Source: Candidatus Latescibacterota bacterium (GTDB lineage Bacteria > Latescibacterota > UBA2968 > UBA8231). Taken from it: a stretch of 64,000 nucleotides of DNA. The DNA lies in NCBI GenBank assembly GCA_964291625.2, contig OZ220089.1, forward strand, positions 3,232,001 to 3,296,000, written 5' to 3'. A program made the translations under genes and the position numbers. Positions 8,939 through 19,150 of the stretch are shown here, in pieces. How positions within the stretch are numbered: position 1 is the first letter of the stretch; the number at the start of each line of letters is the position of its first letter. The notes beneath the pieces were generated by a model. It made no database searches. It worked only from the letters and a program-made list of their open reading frames with translations, and was not told the DNA's origin.

Positions 8939-11900
8939 ATGAGAGTGAAAAGTCGAACAGGAATTCTCTGGTGCACCCTGCGTCCAGGCCCGGGTTCTGT
9001 CCTGATCGGCCTGCTTGGGTCGATCGCGTTTCACGACCCCGCCCAGGGCGCCGGTTTCTACCTTGAATGTCTCACCACAGAGGTTCGGGAAGGCGATTCT
9101 TTCGTCGTCACCCTCGTATACACCTCCTCCACCACCAGCATTATAGGCGCCTACTGGCACACTGACGCGGGCACTGCCGACTCCACCGATTACGTGGCCC
9201 AGGAGAATGAACTCCACTGGGGTAGCGTGGAAGATTCGAGGAACAGCCGTGTAGACCACACCTTCAGCACCCGTGAAGACACCCTGATCGAGGGTAACGA
9301 GACCTTCACGGTTTTCTTCACTCCCACGGACAACGTCGTGGACATGAACGACCCCGACCGCGACAACGCGTGCGGGATCACCATCATCGACGACGACCCC
9401 GGCATCACGAGGGTCAGCGTTGTCTCGACCCCGGCCAGGGACGAAACCTACGGGGTGGGCGAAACCATCAGATTCGGGGCGACCTTCAGCCGCGCGGTGG
9501 AGGTGGACGGCAATCCGGCACTTGGCCTCTGGGTCGGCAGCAACTGGAGGTCCGCCCGTTACCTCTGGGGTTCCGGCACCAGGAGACTGGCGTTCGGCTA
9601 CACGGTGAAGTCGGAGGACTCCGACAGCGACGGCGTGAGCATGGACGGCGGTTACCAGGACAGCCAGGGCCAGTGGCACAACTTCATCAACCACACCGCG
9701 GTCACGGCGGTGGGAACAGATACAGTCGCCTACCGGGCCTATGCCGGCATCGGCCACCAGTCGGGCCACAAGGTGGACGGCAGCCTCACTCCCATCGGCA
9801 CCGGAATGGAGATCACCTCCACACCTGCCGGTGGGGACAGCACCTACCGCTACGGGGAGACCATCACCGTTGCTCTCACCTTCAGCGCGGCCGTGGATGT
9901 CGACGGAACGGTTCTGTTGAACGCTCGAGCGGGAACCGGCGACGACACCTGGCGCGGGGTCAGGTACCAGGAGGGCTCCGGCACCCGAACCCTGGTCTTC
10001 GGCTACACGGTGCAGTCGAAAGACCTGGATACCGACGGATTCAGGGTGGAGGGAAGCTACGTCCAGGACGGTGTCCGCCGCGGTTTCGGCGGCAGCGGCA
10101 CCGTAAAGGTCAAGGGCACCGACACCGAGGTGCCGCCGAACTTCTCCGGCCTGTCGGACCAGTCCGGCCACAAGCTGGACGGCCGGCCATACGCCAGAAC
10201 GATCTCCATCACCTCCACCCCCACGGCCAGGAGCGACACCTACGGCAAGGGCGACACGATCCAGGTCAGCATCGACTTCGGCCAGGCAGTGGACGCCGGG
10301 GACGGTGTCATCGCCATCATCAGGATGGGTTCGATCTTGAACCAGAGGCAACCGCCGGTCGCTTCGGGCAGCGGCACCGACACTCTGCGGTTCGAGTACG
10401 AGGTCGTGGAAGGGGACCGGGACAGCAACGGGATCGATGCCTTCCTGCCCCATGGCCTGGACATCAAGGCTGCGGGCACCGACATCGCCTACGTGCCCAA
10501 CCCTGGAGGGGAGACTCCTGCCATGGGCGAAGACCCCGCCCACAAGGTGGACGCCAGGCTCATAGGAAACGACACCCGGGCCCCCACCATCTCTTCGATA
10601 TCCTTCACCGACAGTCCGGGGCCGGGTGCGGATTCCACCTACGTCGCAGACGACTACATCGGGGTCTGGGTGACCTTCAGCGAGAGGGTGCTCGCCACCG
10701 GGGCGCCCCAGGTGGAGCTCGACATCGGCGGCACGGCGCGGATTGCCCGGTACGGACAACTGGCCGGCGGAAGGACGATCGACCCGAGGGTCCAGGGCGT
10801 CGCCAACGCCACGTTGGTATTCGGCTACACCGTGCAGGAAGGGGACGTCGACAGCGACGGCATCTCCATAGGCGAGAACAAGGTGTCCCTGAACGGCGGC
10901 ACGATCGCTGACGAGGCCAGCAACGCGGCGGTATTGACCCACAGCGCCGTGGCGGCCGACCCGGGACACAAGGTGGACGCACCGGACACTACGGCGCCGA
11001 CCGTGTCGTCGGTGGCCATCACCTCCAACGCCGGGGACGACTCCACCTACGCCATCGGCGACAGCATCCGGGTGACGGTGACCTTCAGCGAGGACGTGAC
11101 GGTGAACGTGGGCGGCACCCTGCAGCTGCTGGTCGAGCTGGATGTCGGCGGCACCGCCAGGAACGCGGACTACCACAGCAGCGATTCGTCGGCTGTCGTC
11201 TTCAACTACACGGTGGCGTCGGGGGACGCGGATTCAGACGGCATCTCCATCGGCGCCGACAAGATCAGTCTGGACGACGCCACCATCCGGGACGCCGCGG
11301 GCAACGACGCGACCCTGACCCAAACGGCGGACCCGGAGGTGATCGCCGCCCACCCGACGGTGGCCGCCGATGCCGCTCACAAGGTGGACGGCGTGCGCCC
11401 GGCCTTCTCGAGCGCGGCGACCTCCACGGACGGCACGAAGGTGATCGTCACCTTCAGCGAGGAGACCACCGTGCCGGCGCTGCTGCGCTCGATCAGCACC
11501 ATGGTGAACGTCGCCCTGGATCGGTTCTACATCGCGGTCGTGGGCGTTACCGTGGACGACGACGAGGTGGTCCCAACCGCCGCCAGCCTTGCCGATACCA
11601 CCCTCACAATGACTTTGGGATCGGCTGTAACCCAGAGCCAGGAAGTGGAGGTGGCCTACGACAACATCTTCGCCCGCGACGCCGTCGGCCTCTTCATCGA
11701 CGGGGCCGGCAACGCCCTGCACCCCTTCTCCTCCCGGGATGTCACCAACAACTCCACCGTTGCCGACGCCGACGCGGGGGACGACCCGCCGGCCCTGACG
11801 CTGAGCCACACGGAGCTCGAGATCACCGAAGGGGCGACCTTCGACTACACCGTGGTCTTGGGAAGCGAGCCCACGGCGGACGTGACCGTTACGATCACGA

Positions 11901-12109
11901 GCTCTTCGACCAAGCTGTCGGCGAGTTCGACAACCCTCACGTTCACCACGGGAGACTGGGAGACGGCGCAGTCGGTGAGGCTCACCGCCAACCAGGACGA
12001 CGACGACCTCAACTACTGGGTGAGCGTGGCCCACACGGCCAGCGGTGGAGGCTACGACTCGTCGGCGGCGAATCTGTACGTGGTCATCGACGACGATGAC
12101 GACGAATAG
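8939..12109 (+). CDS. Cassette gene A1: secreted Ig-like repeat (adhesin-like) protein with Calx-beta-like and SwmB-like domains
   Basis: Signal peptide (…PAQGA); Calx-beta-like N-domain (GTADSTDY...DTLIEGNETF); five ~130-aa repeats (TYxxG...TFSE...SGSGT..LVF.Y.V...DxDxDG...HKVD); ends VVIDDDDDE. Confidence 0.8.
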   Translation: MRVKSRTGILWCTLRPGPGSVLIGLLGSIAFHDPAQGAGFYLECLTTEVREGDSFVVTLVYTSSTTSIIGAYWHTDAGTADSTDYVAQENELHWGSVEDSRNSRVDHTFSTREDTLIEGNETFTVFFTPTDNVVDMNDPDRDNACGITIIDDDPGITRVSVVSTPARDETYGVGETIRFGATFSRAVEVDGNPALGLWVGSNWRSARYLWGSGTRRLAFGYTVKSEDSDSDGVSMDGGYQDSQGQWHNFINHTAVTAVGTDTVAYRAYAGIGHQSGHKVDGSLTPIGTGMEITSTPAGGDSTYRYGETITVALTFSAAVDVDGTVLLNARAGTGDDTWRGVRYQEGSGTRTLVFGYTVQSKDLDTDGFRVEGSYVQDGVRRGFGGSGTVKVKGTDTEVPPNFSGLSDQSGHKLDGRPYARTISITSTPTARSDTYGKGDTIQVSIDFGQAVDAGDGVIAIIRMGSILNQRQPPVASGSGTDTLRFEYEVVEGDRDSNGIDAFLPHGLDIKAAGTDIAYVPNPGGETPAMGEDPAHKVDARLIGNDTRAPTISSISFTDSPGPGADSTYVADDYIGVWVTFSERVLATGAPQVELDIGGTARIARYGQLAGGRTIDPRVQGVANATLVFGYTVQEGDVDSDGISIGENKVSLNGGTIADEASNAAVLTHSAVAADPGHKVDAPDTTAPTVSSVAITSNAGDDSTYAIGDSIRVTVTFSEDVTVNVGGTLQLLVELDVGGTARNADYHSSDSSAVVFNYTVASGDADSDGISIGADKISLDDATIRDAAGNDATLTQTADPEVIAAHPTVAADAAHKVDGVRPAFSSAATSTDGTKVIVTFSEETTVPALLRSISTMVNVALDRFYIAVVGVTVDDDEVVPTAASLADTTLTMTLGSAVTQSQEVEVAYDNIFARDAVGLFIDGAGNALHPFSSRDVTNNSTVADADAGDDPPALTLSHTELEITEGATFDYTVVLGSEPTADVTVTITSSSTKLSASSTTLTFTTGDWETAQSVRLTANQDDDDLNYWVSVAHTASGGGYDSSAANLYVVIDDDDDE

Positions 12110-12136
12110 TCGAAAATCGAAGAGCCTGAATTTCAA

Positions 12137-13387
12137 ATGAAGTCCTTGATTTTCGCTTTAGCGGTTATCCATCCCCTTTCGCTGTGGGCCGACCACCCCG
12201 CCCCCCGGCCTCTGGATTCCTGGGAGCTGGCGGGGAACAGTCTGAAGTTCGACGTCGCAACCATTCTCGCCCAGGCGGATGAAGGGGGTGAACCCATACC
12301 CGCAACGCCCTCCGTCACCCTGGAGCTCTTCGAAGGCAACTTCTTCAAGCTCTCCATCCTCACCGAGGCGGAGGAGGGGTACACCTTTCCTCACTTCCTT
12401 CCCGGTCCGCCCGTCCACAGCCCTCCCCCTTCAACGAGGGCTGCGGCGGGGTTCGGATATTTCAGCACGCACTCCGATACCCTGCGGTTCAACGCCCACT
12501 ATCTGAAGCTGTTCGCAGACGGGGAGGACCTGGAAGAGATCATCGGGCGCTCCGGCGACGCCGGGGCGATCGATGAATACAAGCTGGTCATCTCCCTGGT
12601 GAACGGTCTGTACCTGGATCTGTTCAACCACCTGTACGCGTACGAGTCCGCCGACCGGCTGGTGTTCCTGCTGCCGGCGGGCAGCCCGTTCACCGAGGCA
12701 ATGGGGGATCCGGCCGGTGGCGTCGTCTGGGAGCTGGAAAGAGCCGGAGCGACACCGTCCCCGTCGTTGACGGCGGTGAAGGCCAGGGTGCCGGGCGAAG
12801 GGGCCGCGGGCCTGACCCTCGAGTTCGGGCGCGCCGTGGCCGGCAGACCCGTCCACTACGCCTGGGGGGGGATCACCGACGAAACCGGCCGGGTGGAGCT
12901 GACCCTGTCCACTCTGGACCGGTCCGGGGCCACCGGCTTCTACCGGGCCCGGGCAAGCAACCAGGAGGGTCAGGTGGTGGGCAAGTGGCACAGCATTCCC
13001 CTCAACGAGAACCGACGCCAGGTCCTGGAGCTGACCCCGGGAGGAGACGCCCGGGTGGTGTCCAGCCAGTGGCTGGGCGCGGCCAAGACTGCCGCCGGTG
13101 GGGAGCCGGTGGCCATCGGCCTGGCGCGCAATTTCCCCAACCCCTTCAACAGCAGCACCCGGATCGTCTACCGGCTGGCCAACCCCGGTCCGGTGAGTCT
13201 GGAGATCTACAACACCCTCGGACAGCCGCTGGCCACCCTGGTGGACGAGGTCCAGGCCCCCGGCCGTTACCAGGTGCACTGGGACGCCCGCGACCAGCGC
13301 GGTGCTGCGGTGGCCGCCGGGGTCTACCTGACGCGCCTGGTGTATCCGGGAGGAGTGGAGACGCGGCGCGTGCTGTATCTCAAGTAG
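12137..13387 (+). CDS. Cassette gene B1: secreted protein with C-terminal FlgD-Ig/T9SS-type domain
   Basis: Signal peptide (…SLWA); C-terminal LARNFPNPFN...GVYLTRL...YLK; close paralog of 17098-18366. Confidence 0.85.
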   Translation: MKSLIFALAVIHPLSLWADHPAPRPLDSWELAGNSLKFDVATILAQADEGGEPIPATPSVTLELFEGNFFKLSILTEAEEGYTFPHFLPGPPVHSPPPSTRAAAGFGYFSTHSDTLRFNAHYLKLFADGEDLEEIIGRSGDAGAIDEYKLVISLVNGLYLDLFNHLYAYESADRLVFLLPAGSPFTEAMGDPAGGVVWELERAGATPSPSLTAVKARVPGEGAAGLTLEFGRAVAGRPVHYAWGGITDETGRVELTLSTLDRSGATGFYRARASNQEGQVVGKWHSIPLNENRRQVLELTPGGDARVVSSQWLGAAKTAAGGEPVAIGLARNFPNPFNSSTRIVYRLANPGPVSLEIYNTLGQPLATLVDEVQAPGRYQVHWDARDQRGAAVAAGVYLTRLVYPGGVETRRVLYLK

Positions 13388-13462
13388 CTCTCCTGAAATG
13401 GTCCCTGCGCATACATGAAACCAGGAATCGCGTTACCCCATTAAAAGAGGGGAGGAATTCCG

Positions 13463-14233
13463 ATGAGACGCATCGTGTCTCCTTCAATTGCTCTGTTCAT
13501 GGGCCTGGCATCCAGCCTTCGGGCGGACCTGGTACCGTTCGAAGGACAGGTACTGGACCTCAGGTCCGCGCCGGTCCATCGGGCCGAGGTGGTGCTCTTC
13601 AACCTCGACAACCCCAGTTCGAGGGTGAGCACGACAACCGACGAGAGCGGCTCCTTCTCGATGTCCCTGGCCGACCTGGCCCTGCCGCGATCGAACGCGC
13701 TGGGGCAGAACTACCCGAATCCGTTCAACCCTTCCACCCTGATCCCCTTTGAGATCGCTGAGAGCGGACACGTTCGCCTGGACGTGTTCAACATCCTGGG
13801 CCAGCGCATGGTCACGCTGATAGATGAACAGCGCCGGGCCGGTCTCTACCAGGCGCAGTGGGACGCCACCGACGCCGAGGGCCGCCCGGTGGGTACCGGG
13901 GTTTACATCTACCGGCTCACCACGGGGAACTGGCAGGAGACGCGCAAGCTGGTCCTGATCGACGGCCCGGCGGGGAGCCCGAACGGGAGCGGCGGGAACA
14001 TCGAGGGGGAGGGGGCCAGGTACGGTGTGGAGATCTCCGGCGAGGAGATCCTCCCGGCGACCTTCACCTGGAGCCCGGAGATGGGCTCCCTGGTGGCGGA
14101 GGTGACCAGCGTGAACAACGTCCATCCCCCCGATCTCGAGGACTCCGGGATGGCCTCCAGTCCCTTCTACGGGACCAGCCTCGCCTCGGTCATCGAGGTC
14201 GTTTCAGCGTTCTCAAAGCGAGGAAGCGAATGA
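13463..14233 (+). CDS. Cassette gene C1: small secreted protein with FlgD-Ig domain nested in a carboxypeptidase-regulatory-like fold
   Basis: Signal peptide (…SLRA); EGQV...TTTDESGSF, then LGQNYPNPFNP...GVYIYRL, then YGVEISG; RBS GGAGGA. Confidence 0.85.
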   Translation: MRRIVSPSIALFMGLASSLRADLVPFEGQVLDLRSAPVHRAEVVLFNLDNPSSRVSTTTDESGSFSMSLADLALPRSNALGQNYPNPFNPSTLIPFEIAESGHVRLDVFNILGQRMVTLIDEQRRAGLYQAQWDATDAEGRPVGTGVYIYRLTTGNWQETRKLVLIDGPAGSPNGSGGNIEGEGARYGVEISGEEILPATFTWSPEMGSLVAEVTSVNNVHPPDLEDSGMASSPFYGTSLASVIEVVSAFSKRGSE

Positions 14234-17088
14234 GTTCATGCCACTCTTCGAATGATCCAGGTGCGAATCTGGGAGCCGGCACCCTCCGGTTGCCCGCAGC
14301 CAGCCTGGCCCTGGCGGCCTTCCTGATGCTGAAGGGCGTCCATGGCCCGTCCGAGGTCTTCGCCGATCACGAGATTGCCACCATGACGGCGATGAACGTG
14401 ATCTCCGTACCTCCGGATTCCGCGTTCTACAGCGTTTCATCTTCATATTCACATGGCCCCAATGGGGAGACCTACGGGCTGGGAGAGATCATTGAGATCG
14501 AGGCCACCTTCAACAGGGGCATGCTGGTCACTGGCAGTGGCGAGGTCAAGATGGACCTCACCGTCGGCGACTCGACGAGGACCGCCACGTACCATCGCGG
14601 ATCCGGCACGAGAAAGCTGGTCTTCCGTTACGAAGTGATCGCCACGGACGTGGACACCGACGGGATCAGCGCACCCGCGACCGCCTGGAGCGGCAGCGGC
14701 ACGGTGAAGACTCTGGTTTCCAACTTTGCGGCGGTCTTCACGCCCTTGGGGCTCGACACCCAGTCGGGTCACAAGGTGAACGGCAGCCTGGGGCCCTGGG
14801 TCACCAAGGTGGAAATCGCCTCCACGCCTGCCTCCGGCACCACCTACCGGCATGGAGAAGAGGTCGAGATCGACGTGACGTACACCGCTCCCGTGCGGGT
14901 CGACAGCGTCAACCGACCCTGGCTGGCCTATTTCTGGAACCGGGCGTCGGATGGCACAGAACAGCAGAATCTTGCCGGGTACCGGAGCGGGAGCGGTACC
15001 AACACGCTGCGTCTCTCCTTTACGGTGAGATCCGAATTCAAGGACACCGACGGGGTCCGGATCGGGAGTGCTTTCCCTGATCAGTCAGGCGAGAGAAGGG
15101 AAAGAGTCGTCTGGGCGTTGAACCACGACGGCGTGAGGGCGCCCTGGAGAATGTCGGGGCTCGACGCGGATCCCGACCACAAGATGAACGGGGAGCCGTA
15201 CATAAAGGGAGTTGCCGTCACCTCAAGCCCGGCCTACGGCACCACCTACCGGCGCACGGAGGCGATCCGGATCGCGGTCACCTTCGACCAGAACGTCCAG
15301 GTAGAGGGCACCGTGACCAAGGGCTTGAAGTTCACCGATGGCGACGGCGGGTTCACCAGCCCCCATGCCCAGTTCGCCTCCGGTAACCGCACCACGACCC
15401 TGGTCTTCAAACACACCGTCGTGGAAGGGGATGAAGACACGGACGGTCTCACCGTCCTGGCGGGCGATGACGGTGGATGGGGGGGGAGCGGAAAGATCTG
15501 GTCGTCGCGCCCGGCGGGCTCCCTGGAGAGTTCAGTGCAAGCCGATGGGAGGCACAGCGAGATCGCGAACGCCGCCAGCCACAAGGTGGACGGAGCGCTG
15601 ACCCTGCCCGTTCCCGGCATCTCGTCGGTCGAGTTGGTAACGGATCCGGGGGACGACTCCACGTATGTCGCCGGCGACTGGATTGGCGCCAAGGTGACCT
15701 TCGACGAAAGCGTGTCCGTCACGGGCACTCCGCAGCTCAGGATGGGAGTCGGGACAACGGAGAAGATCGCCCGGTTCGGGCAGGGCTCGTTCGAGGGAAG
15801 TGTCAGCCCCGCCGACAGGACCGCCGGCCCCGAGGTGGTCTTCGGCTACCAAGTGCAGGAGGGCGACATCGACAGCGACGGCATCGCCATCGGGGAGGAC
15901 AAGCTCACGCTCAACGGCGGCGCCATCAAGCAGGCCGTGACGGACGTGGCCGCGGACCTGAGCCACGATCCCGTGACCCCCGACGCCGGCCACAAGGTGG
16001 ATGCCGTGGCCCCTGTCGTGTCATCCATCGCCATCAGCTCCCGCGCGGGCGGCGATTCTCACTACGCCATCGGCGACAGCATCAAGGTGACCCTGACCTT
16101 CAGCGAGGAGGTGACCGTTTCCGGCGCCCCGCAACTGGAGCTGGACCTCGGCGGCGGGGCGAAAACGGCCACCTACAACTTCACCGGAGATTCAACCGCG
16201 GTCTTCGCCTACGTCGTTCAGGAGGGGGACGCCGACACGGACGGCGTCGCCATCGACGCCGACACCCTCAGTCTTGCGGACGACAGCGCCATCACGGACC
16301 GCGTCGGCAATCCAGCGGAGCTGGCCTACGGGGCCGTCGCCGCCGACCGCGCCCACAGGGTCGACGGGGTGTCTCCCACTTTCAGCTCCGCGGAAGTCCT
16401 CCACACCGGCCGTCAGGTCAACCTGTTCTTCAGCGAGCAGGTCACCGTTCCCCGGATTCTTCGCACGATCAGTGGCATCGTCAACGTAAGTCTCGGTCAG
16501 TTCTTCATAGCGGTCTTGACCCTTGAGGTGGACGGCCATCAGGTGCGGCCCAGTTCCGCCTCTCTTCACGGTCTCACGTTGCAGCTGGGCCTCTACGCCT
16601 CGAATCGGGTGACCGAGAGCCAGCGGGTCAAAATATCCTACGACAACATCTTCGCCGCCGATGCGGTGGGCCTCTTCATCGACGGGGTCGGCAACCCGTT
16701 GGCCAACTTCGGCGCCGCCACTGCACAAAACCTTTCCAACCAGGCGGACGGGGAGGAACCGGACGTGGGGGAACTGGTATTGAGCCGGGACGAATTCAGG
16801 ATCACCGAAGGGGAAACCAGAGGGTATACGGTAGCCCTGGAGTCTCAGCCTTCCGACAGCGTGACCGTTGCCGTCAGCAGCTCCTCGAGCAAGGTGTCGG
16901 CCAATCGCGACAGCCTCACCTTCACCACGGACAACTGGAGTACGCCGCAGAGGGTGAGGCTCACCGCCAACCACGACGACGACGACCTGAACTACTGGGT
17001 GGCCGTGACCAACAGGGGCAGCGGGGACGGCTACGAGGGCGCAAGGAAGTGGGTGCTTGTGGTCATCGACGACGACGACGGGGAATAG
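14230..17088 (+). CDS. Cassette gene A2: secreted Ig-like repeat protein, paralog of A1
   Basis: ATG 14230 overlaps the C1 stop (ATGA); hydrophobic signal segment; five HKVD-type repeats; same SwmB-like and terminal domains as A1; ends VVIDDDDGE. Confidence 0.8.
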   Translation: MSSCHSSNDPGANLGAGTLRLPAASLALAAFLMLKGVHGPSEVFADHEIATMTAMNVISVPPDSAFYSVSSSYSHGPNGETYGLGEIIEIEATFNRGMLVTGSGEVKMDLTVGDSTRTATYHRGSGTRKLVFRYEVIATDVDTDGISAPATAWSGSGTVKTLVSNFAAVFTPLGLDTQSGHKVNGSLGPWVTKVEIASTPASGTTYRHGEEVEIDVTYTAPVRVDSVNRPWLAYFWNRASDGTEQQNLAGYRSGSGTNTLRLSFTVRSEFKDTDGVRIGSAFPDQSGERRERVVWALNHDGVRAPWRMSGLDADPDHKMNGEPYIKGVAVTSSPAYGTTYRRTEAIRIAVTFDQNVQVEGTVTKGLKFTDGDGGFTSPHAQFASGNRTTTLVFKHTVVEGDEDTDGLTVLAGDDGGWGGSGKIWSSRPAGSLESSVQADGRHSEIANAASHKVDGALTLPVPGISSVELVTDPGDDSTYVAGDWIGAKVTFDESVSVTGTPQLRMGVGTTEKIARFGQGSFEGSVSPADRTAGPEVVFGYQVQEGDIDSDGIAIGEDKLTLNGGAIKQAVTDVAADLSHDPVTPDAGHKVDAVAPVVSSIAISSRAGGDSHYAIGDSIKVTLTFSEEVTVSGAPQLELDLGGGAKTATYNFTGDSTAVFAYVVQEGDADTDGVAIDADTLSLADDSAITDRVGNPAELAYGAVAADRAHRVDGVSPTFSSAEVLHTGRQVNLFFSEQVTVPRILRTISGIVNVSLGQFFIAVLTLEVDGHQVRPSSASLHGLTLQLGLYASNRVTESQRVKISYDNIFAADAVGLFIDGVGNPLANFGAATAQNLSNQADGEEPDVGELVLSRDEFRITEGETRGYTVALESQPSDSVTVAVSSSSSKVSANRDSLTFTTDNWSTPQRVRLTANHDDDDLNYWVAVTNRGSGDGYEGARKWVLVVIDDDDGE

Positions 17089-17097
17089 GGGAGAGGC

Positions 17098-18366
17098 GTG
17101 ACCAATCAAGGCGGCAAGCCAGGACTGTCGATACTTGCTCTTGCCCTGGTGTTTCCCCTTTCGCTGCGGGCCGACCCCGACGCTCCCCGGCCTCTCGATT
17201 CCTGGGAGCTGGCGGACAACAGCCTGAAGTTCCGCGTCGAGACCATCCTGGCTCAGCCGGTAGATGGGGATGAACCGATACCCGCAACACCCTCTGTCAC
17301 CCTGGAACTATACCAGGGCCACTTCTACAAGCTCTCGATCCTCACCGAGGCAGCGGAGGGGTATGCCTTTCCCGACCCCGGTCCCCCTGTCCACAGTCCT
17401 CCCCCTTCAACGAGGGCTATGGCGGGGTTCGGATATTACAGCACGCAGTCCGATACCCTGCGGTTCAATGCCCACTATCTGAAGCTGTTCGCGAACGGGA
17501 AGGACCTGGAGGAGCTCATCGAGCAGTCCGGCGACGCCGGGGCCCTCGAGGAGTTCAAGTTCGTCATCTCCCTGGTCAACGGTCTCTACCTGGATCTGTT
17601 CAACCACCTCTACGCCTACGAATCAGGCGACCGGCTGGTGTTCCTGCTTCCCGCGGGCAGCCCCTTCACCGCCGGAATGGGGGATCCCGCGGGCGGGGTG
17701 GTCTGGGAGCTGGAGAGATCCGGACCTTTGCCGTCGTCGTCGATGACGGCCGTGGAGGCCACGGTGCCGGGCGACCAAGCCGCGGGCCTGACCATCGAGT
17801 TCGCGCGCTCCATTGCCGGGCGTGCCGTCCACTACGCCTGGGGCGGGATCACCGACGAGGCCGGCCGGGTGGAGCTGGACCTGTCCACCCTGGACCGGTC
17901 CGGAGCCACCGGTTTCTACCGGGCCCGGGCCAGCCATCGGGGGGGCGAAGTGGTGGGCCAGTGGCACAGCATCCCCCTGAACCGCGACCGTCTCCAGGTC
18001 CTGGAGCTGGTCCCGGGCGGACGGGCGCGCGTGGTCTCCAGCCGGCCGCTGGAGTCGGCCAAGGCGGTGGCGGGGCGGGAGCCGGTGGCCGCCGGGCTGG
18101 CGTCCAACTACCCCAACCCCTTCAACAGCAGCACCCGGATCGAATACGGGCTGGGCGCCGCCGGGCGGGTGCGGCTGGAGATCTACAACGTCCTGGGGCA
18201 GCCGGTGCGCACCCTCGTGGATGAGGAGTCCCAGGACGCCGGGATGTACCAGGTCGAGTGGGACGCCCGGGACCAGCGCGGGGCCGCCGTGGCCGCCGGG
18301 GTCTATCTGACGCGCCTGGTCTACCCGGGAGGAGTGGAGACGCGGCGCGTGCTGTATCTCAAATAG
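17098..18366 (+). CDS. Cassette gene B2: secreted protein with C-terminal FlgD-Ig/T9SS-type domain
   Basis: Highly similar to B1 throughout (e.g. ISLVNGLYLDLFNHLYAYES, identical last ~35 aa); GTG start after GGAGAGG. Confidence 0.85.
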   Translation: MTNQGGKPGLSILALALVFPLSLRADPDAPRPLDSWELADNSLKFRVETILAQPVDGDEPIPATPSVTLELYQGHFYKLSILTEAAEGYAFPDPGPPVHSPPPSTRAMAGFGYYSTQSDTLRFNAHYLKLFANGKDLEELIEQSGDAGALEEFKFVISLVNGLYLDLFNHLYAYESGDRLVFLLPAGSPFTAGMGDPAGGVVWELERSGPLPSSSMTAVEATVPGDQAAGLTIEFARSIAGRAVHYAWGGITDEAGRVELDLSTLDRSGATGFYRARASHRGGEVVGQWHSIPLNRDRLQVLELVPGGRARVVSSRPLESAKAVAGREPVAAGLASNYPNPFNSSTRIEYGLGAAGRVRLEIYNVLGQPVRTLVDEESQDAGMYQVEWDARDQRGAAVAAGVYLTRLVYPGGVETRRVLYLK

Positions 18367-18381
18367 CCGGAGGGAACACCG

Positions 18382-19137
18382 ATGAAACGCATCTCGAGTC
18401 TCCTGCTTGGGTCCATGGTCCTGTCAATCGGCGCGTTGGCCGACGTGGTGCCCTTTGAAGGACGGGTCCTGCTGGCGTCGGAGCCTCTTGCCATACCTGG
18501 AGCCCGGATCGTGCTCTACGACCTGGAGCGTCCGGAGTCCCGGATCACCACCACCACCGCCGCCGACGGCTCCTTCTCCCTGGCCTGGAGCGAGCTGGTC
18601 CGGCCGGAGTCGGATGTGCTTGGGCAGAACTATCCCAATCCCTTCAACCCCTCCACCCTGATGCCCTTCCAGCTCTCCGAGGCCGGGCCCGTGCGTCTGG
18701 ACGTGTTCAACATGCTGGGCCAGCGACTGGTCACCCTGGTGGACGGAGAGCAGTCCGCCGGCCTTCACCAGGTTCAGTGGGACGGCACCGACGGGGCGGG
18801 CCGGGCCGTGGGCGCGGGCGTCTACATCTACCGGCTCACCACCCGTGAAGGCCAGCAGACGCGGAGGCTGGTCCTCGTCGACGGCCAGGCAGGCCGGCCC
18901 GGCCGCGGAGCGGGGACGTCCGAAGGGGTGGTGAGCCCGCGATACGGCGTGGAGATCTCCGGCCAGGACATCGTCACCTCGACCTGGGTGTGGTCGCCGG
19001 AGATGGGGGCGCTCGTTGCCCAGGTCGAGGGCGCCCGGCCGCGGTTGCCGACCGAGCTCGACACGCCCCAGGTGGGACCGAATCCCTTCTCCGGGATCGA
19101 CCTGGACTCGGTGATCCAGGTCATCACCGCGCTCTGA
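18382..19137 (+). CDS. Cassette gene C2: paralog of C1 with internal FlgD-Ig domain
   Basis: Signal peptide; VPFEG, LGQNYPNPFNPSTL, YGVEISG, WSPEMG shared with C1; RBS GGAGGG. Confidence 0.85.
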   Translation: MKRISSLLLGSMVLSIGALADVVPFEGRVLLASEPLAIPGARIVLYDLERPESRITTTTAADGSFSLAWSELVRPESDVLGQNYPNPFNPSTLMPFQLSEAGPVRLDVFNMLGQRLVTLVDGEQSAGLHQVQWDGTDGAGRAVGAGVYIYRLTTREGQQTRRLVLVDGQAGRPGRGAGTSEGVVSPRYGVEISGQDIVTSTWVWSPEMGALVAQVEGARPRLPTELDTPQVGPNPFSGIDLDSVIQVITAL

Positions 19138-19150
19138 TCGGCCAGGGTGC
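19027..19150 (+). repeat. ~125-bp direct repeat, copy 1 (3' end of C2 plus downstream); copy 2 at 29929-30054
   Basis: Near-identical sequence gagggcg..cgacctggactcggtgat..caggtcatcaccgcgctctgat..ggccagggtgc in both places. Confidence 0.9.

Noticed and set aside
13858-14229. N-terminal extension of A2 in the ORF track (likewise the extended starts of the amidase, MBL, GH-like, lyase-like, CocE, MTase, PQQ and soxG ORFs)
   Set aside because: The extensions overlap real upstream genes and are Arg/Gly/Pro-rich junk; coupled ATGA/GTGA or RBS-supported starts fit better.
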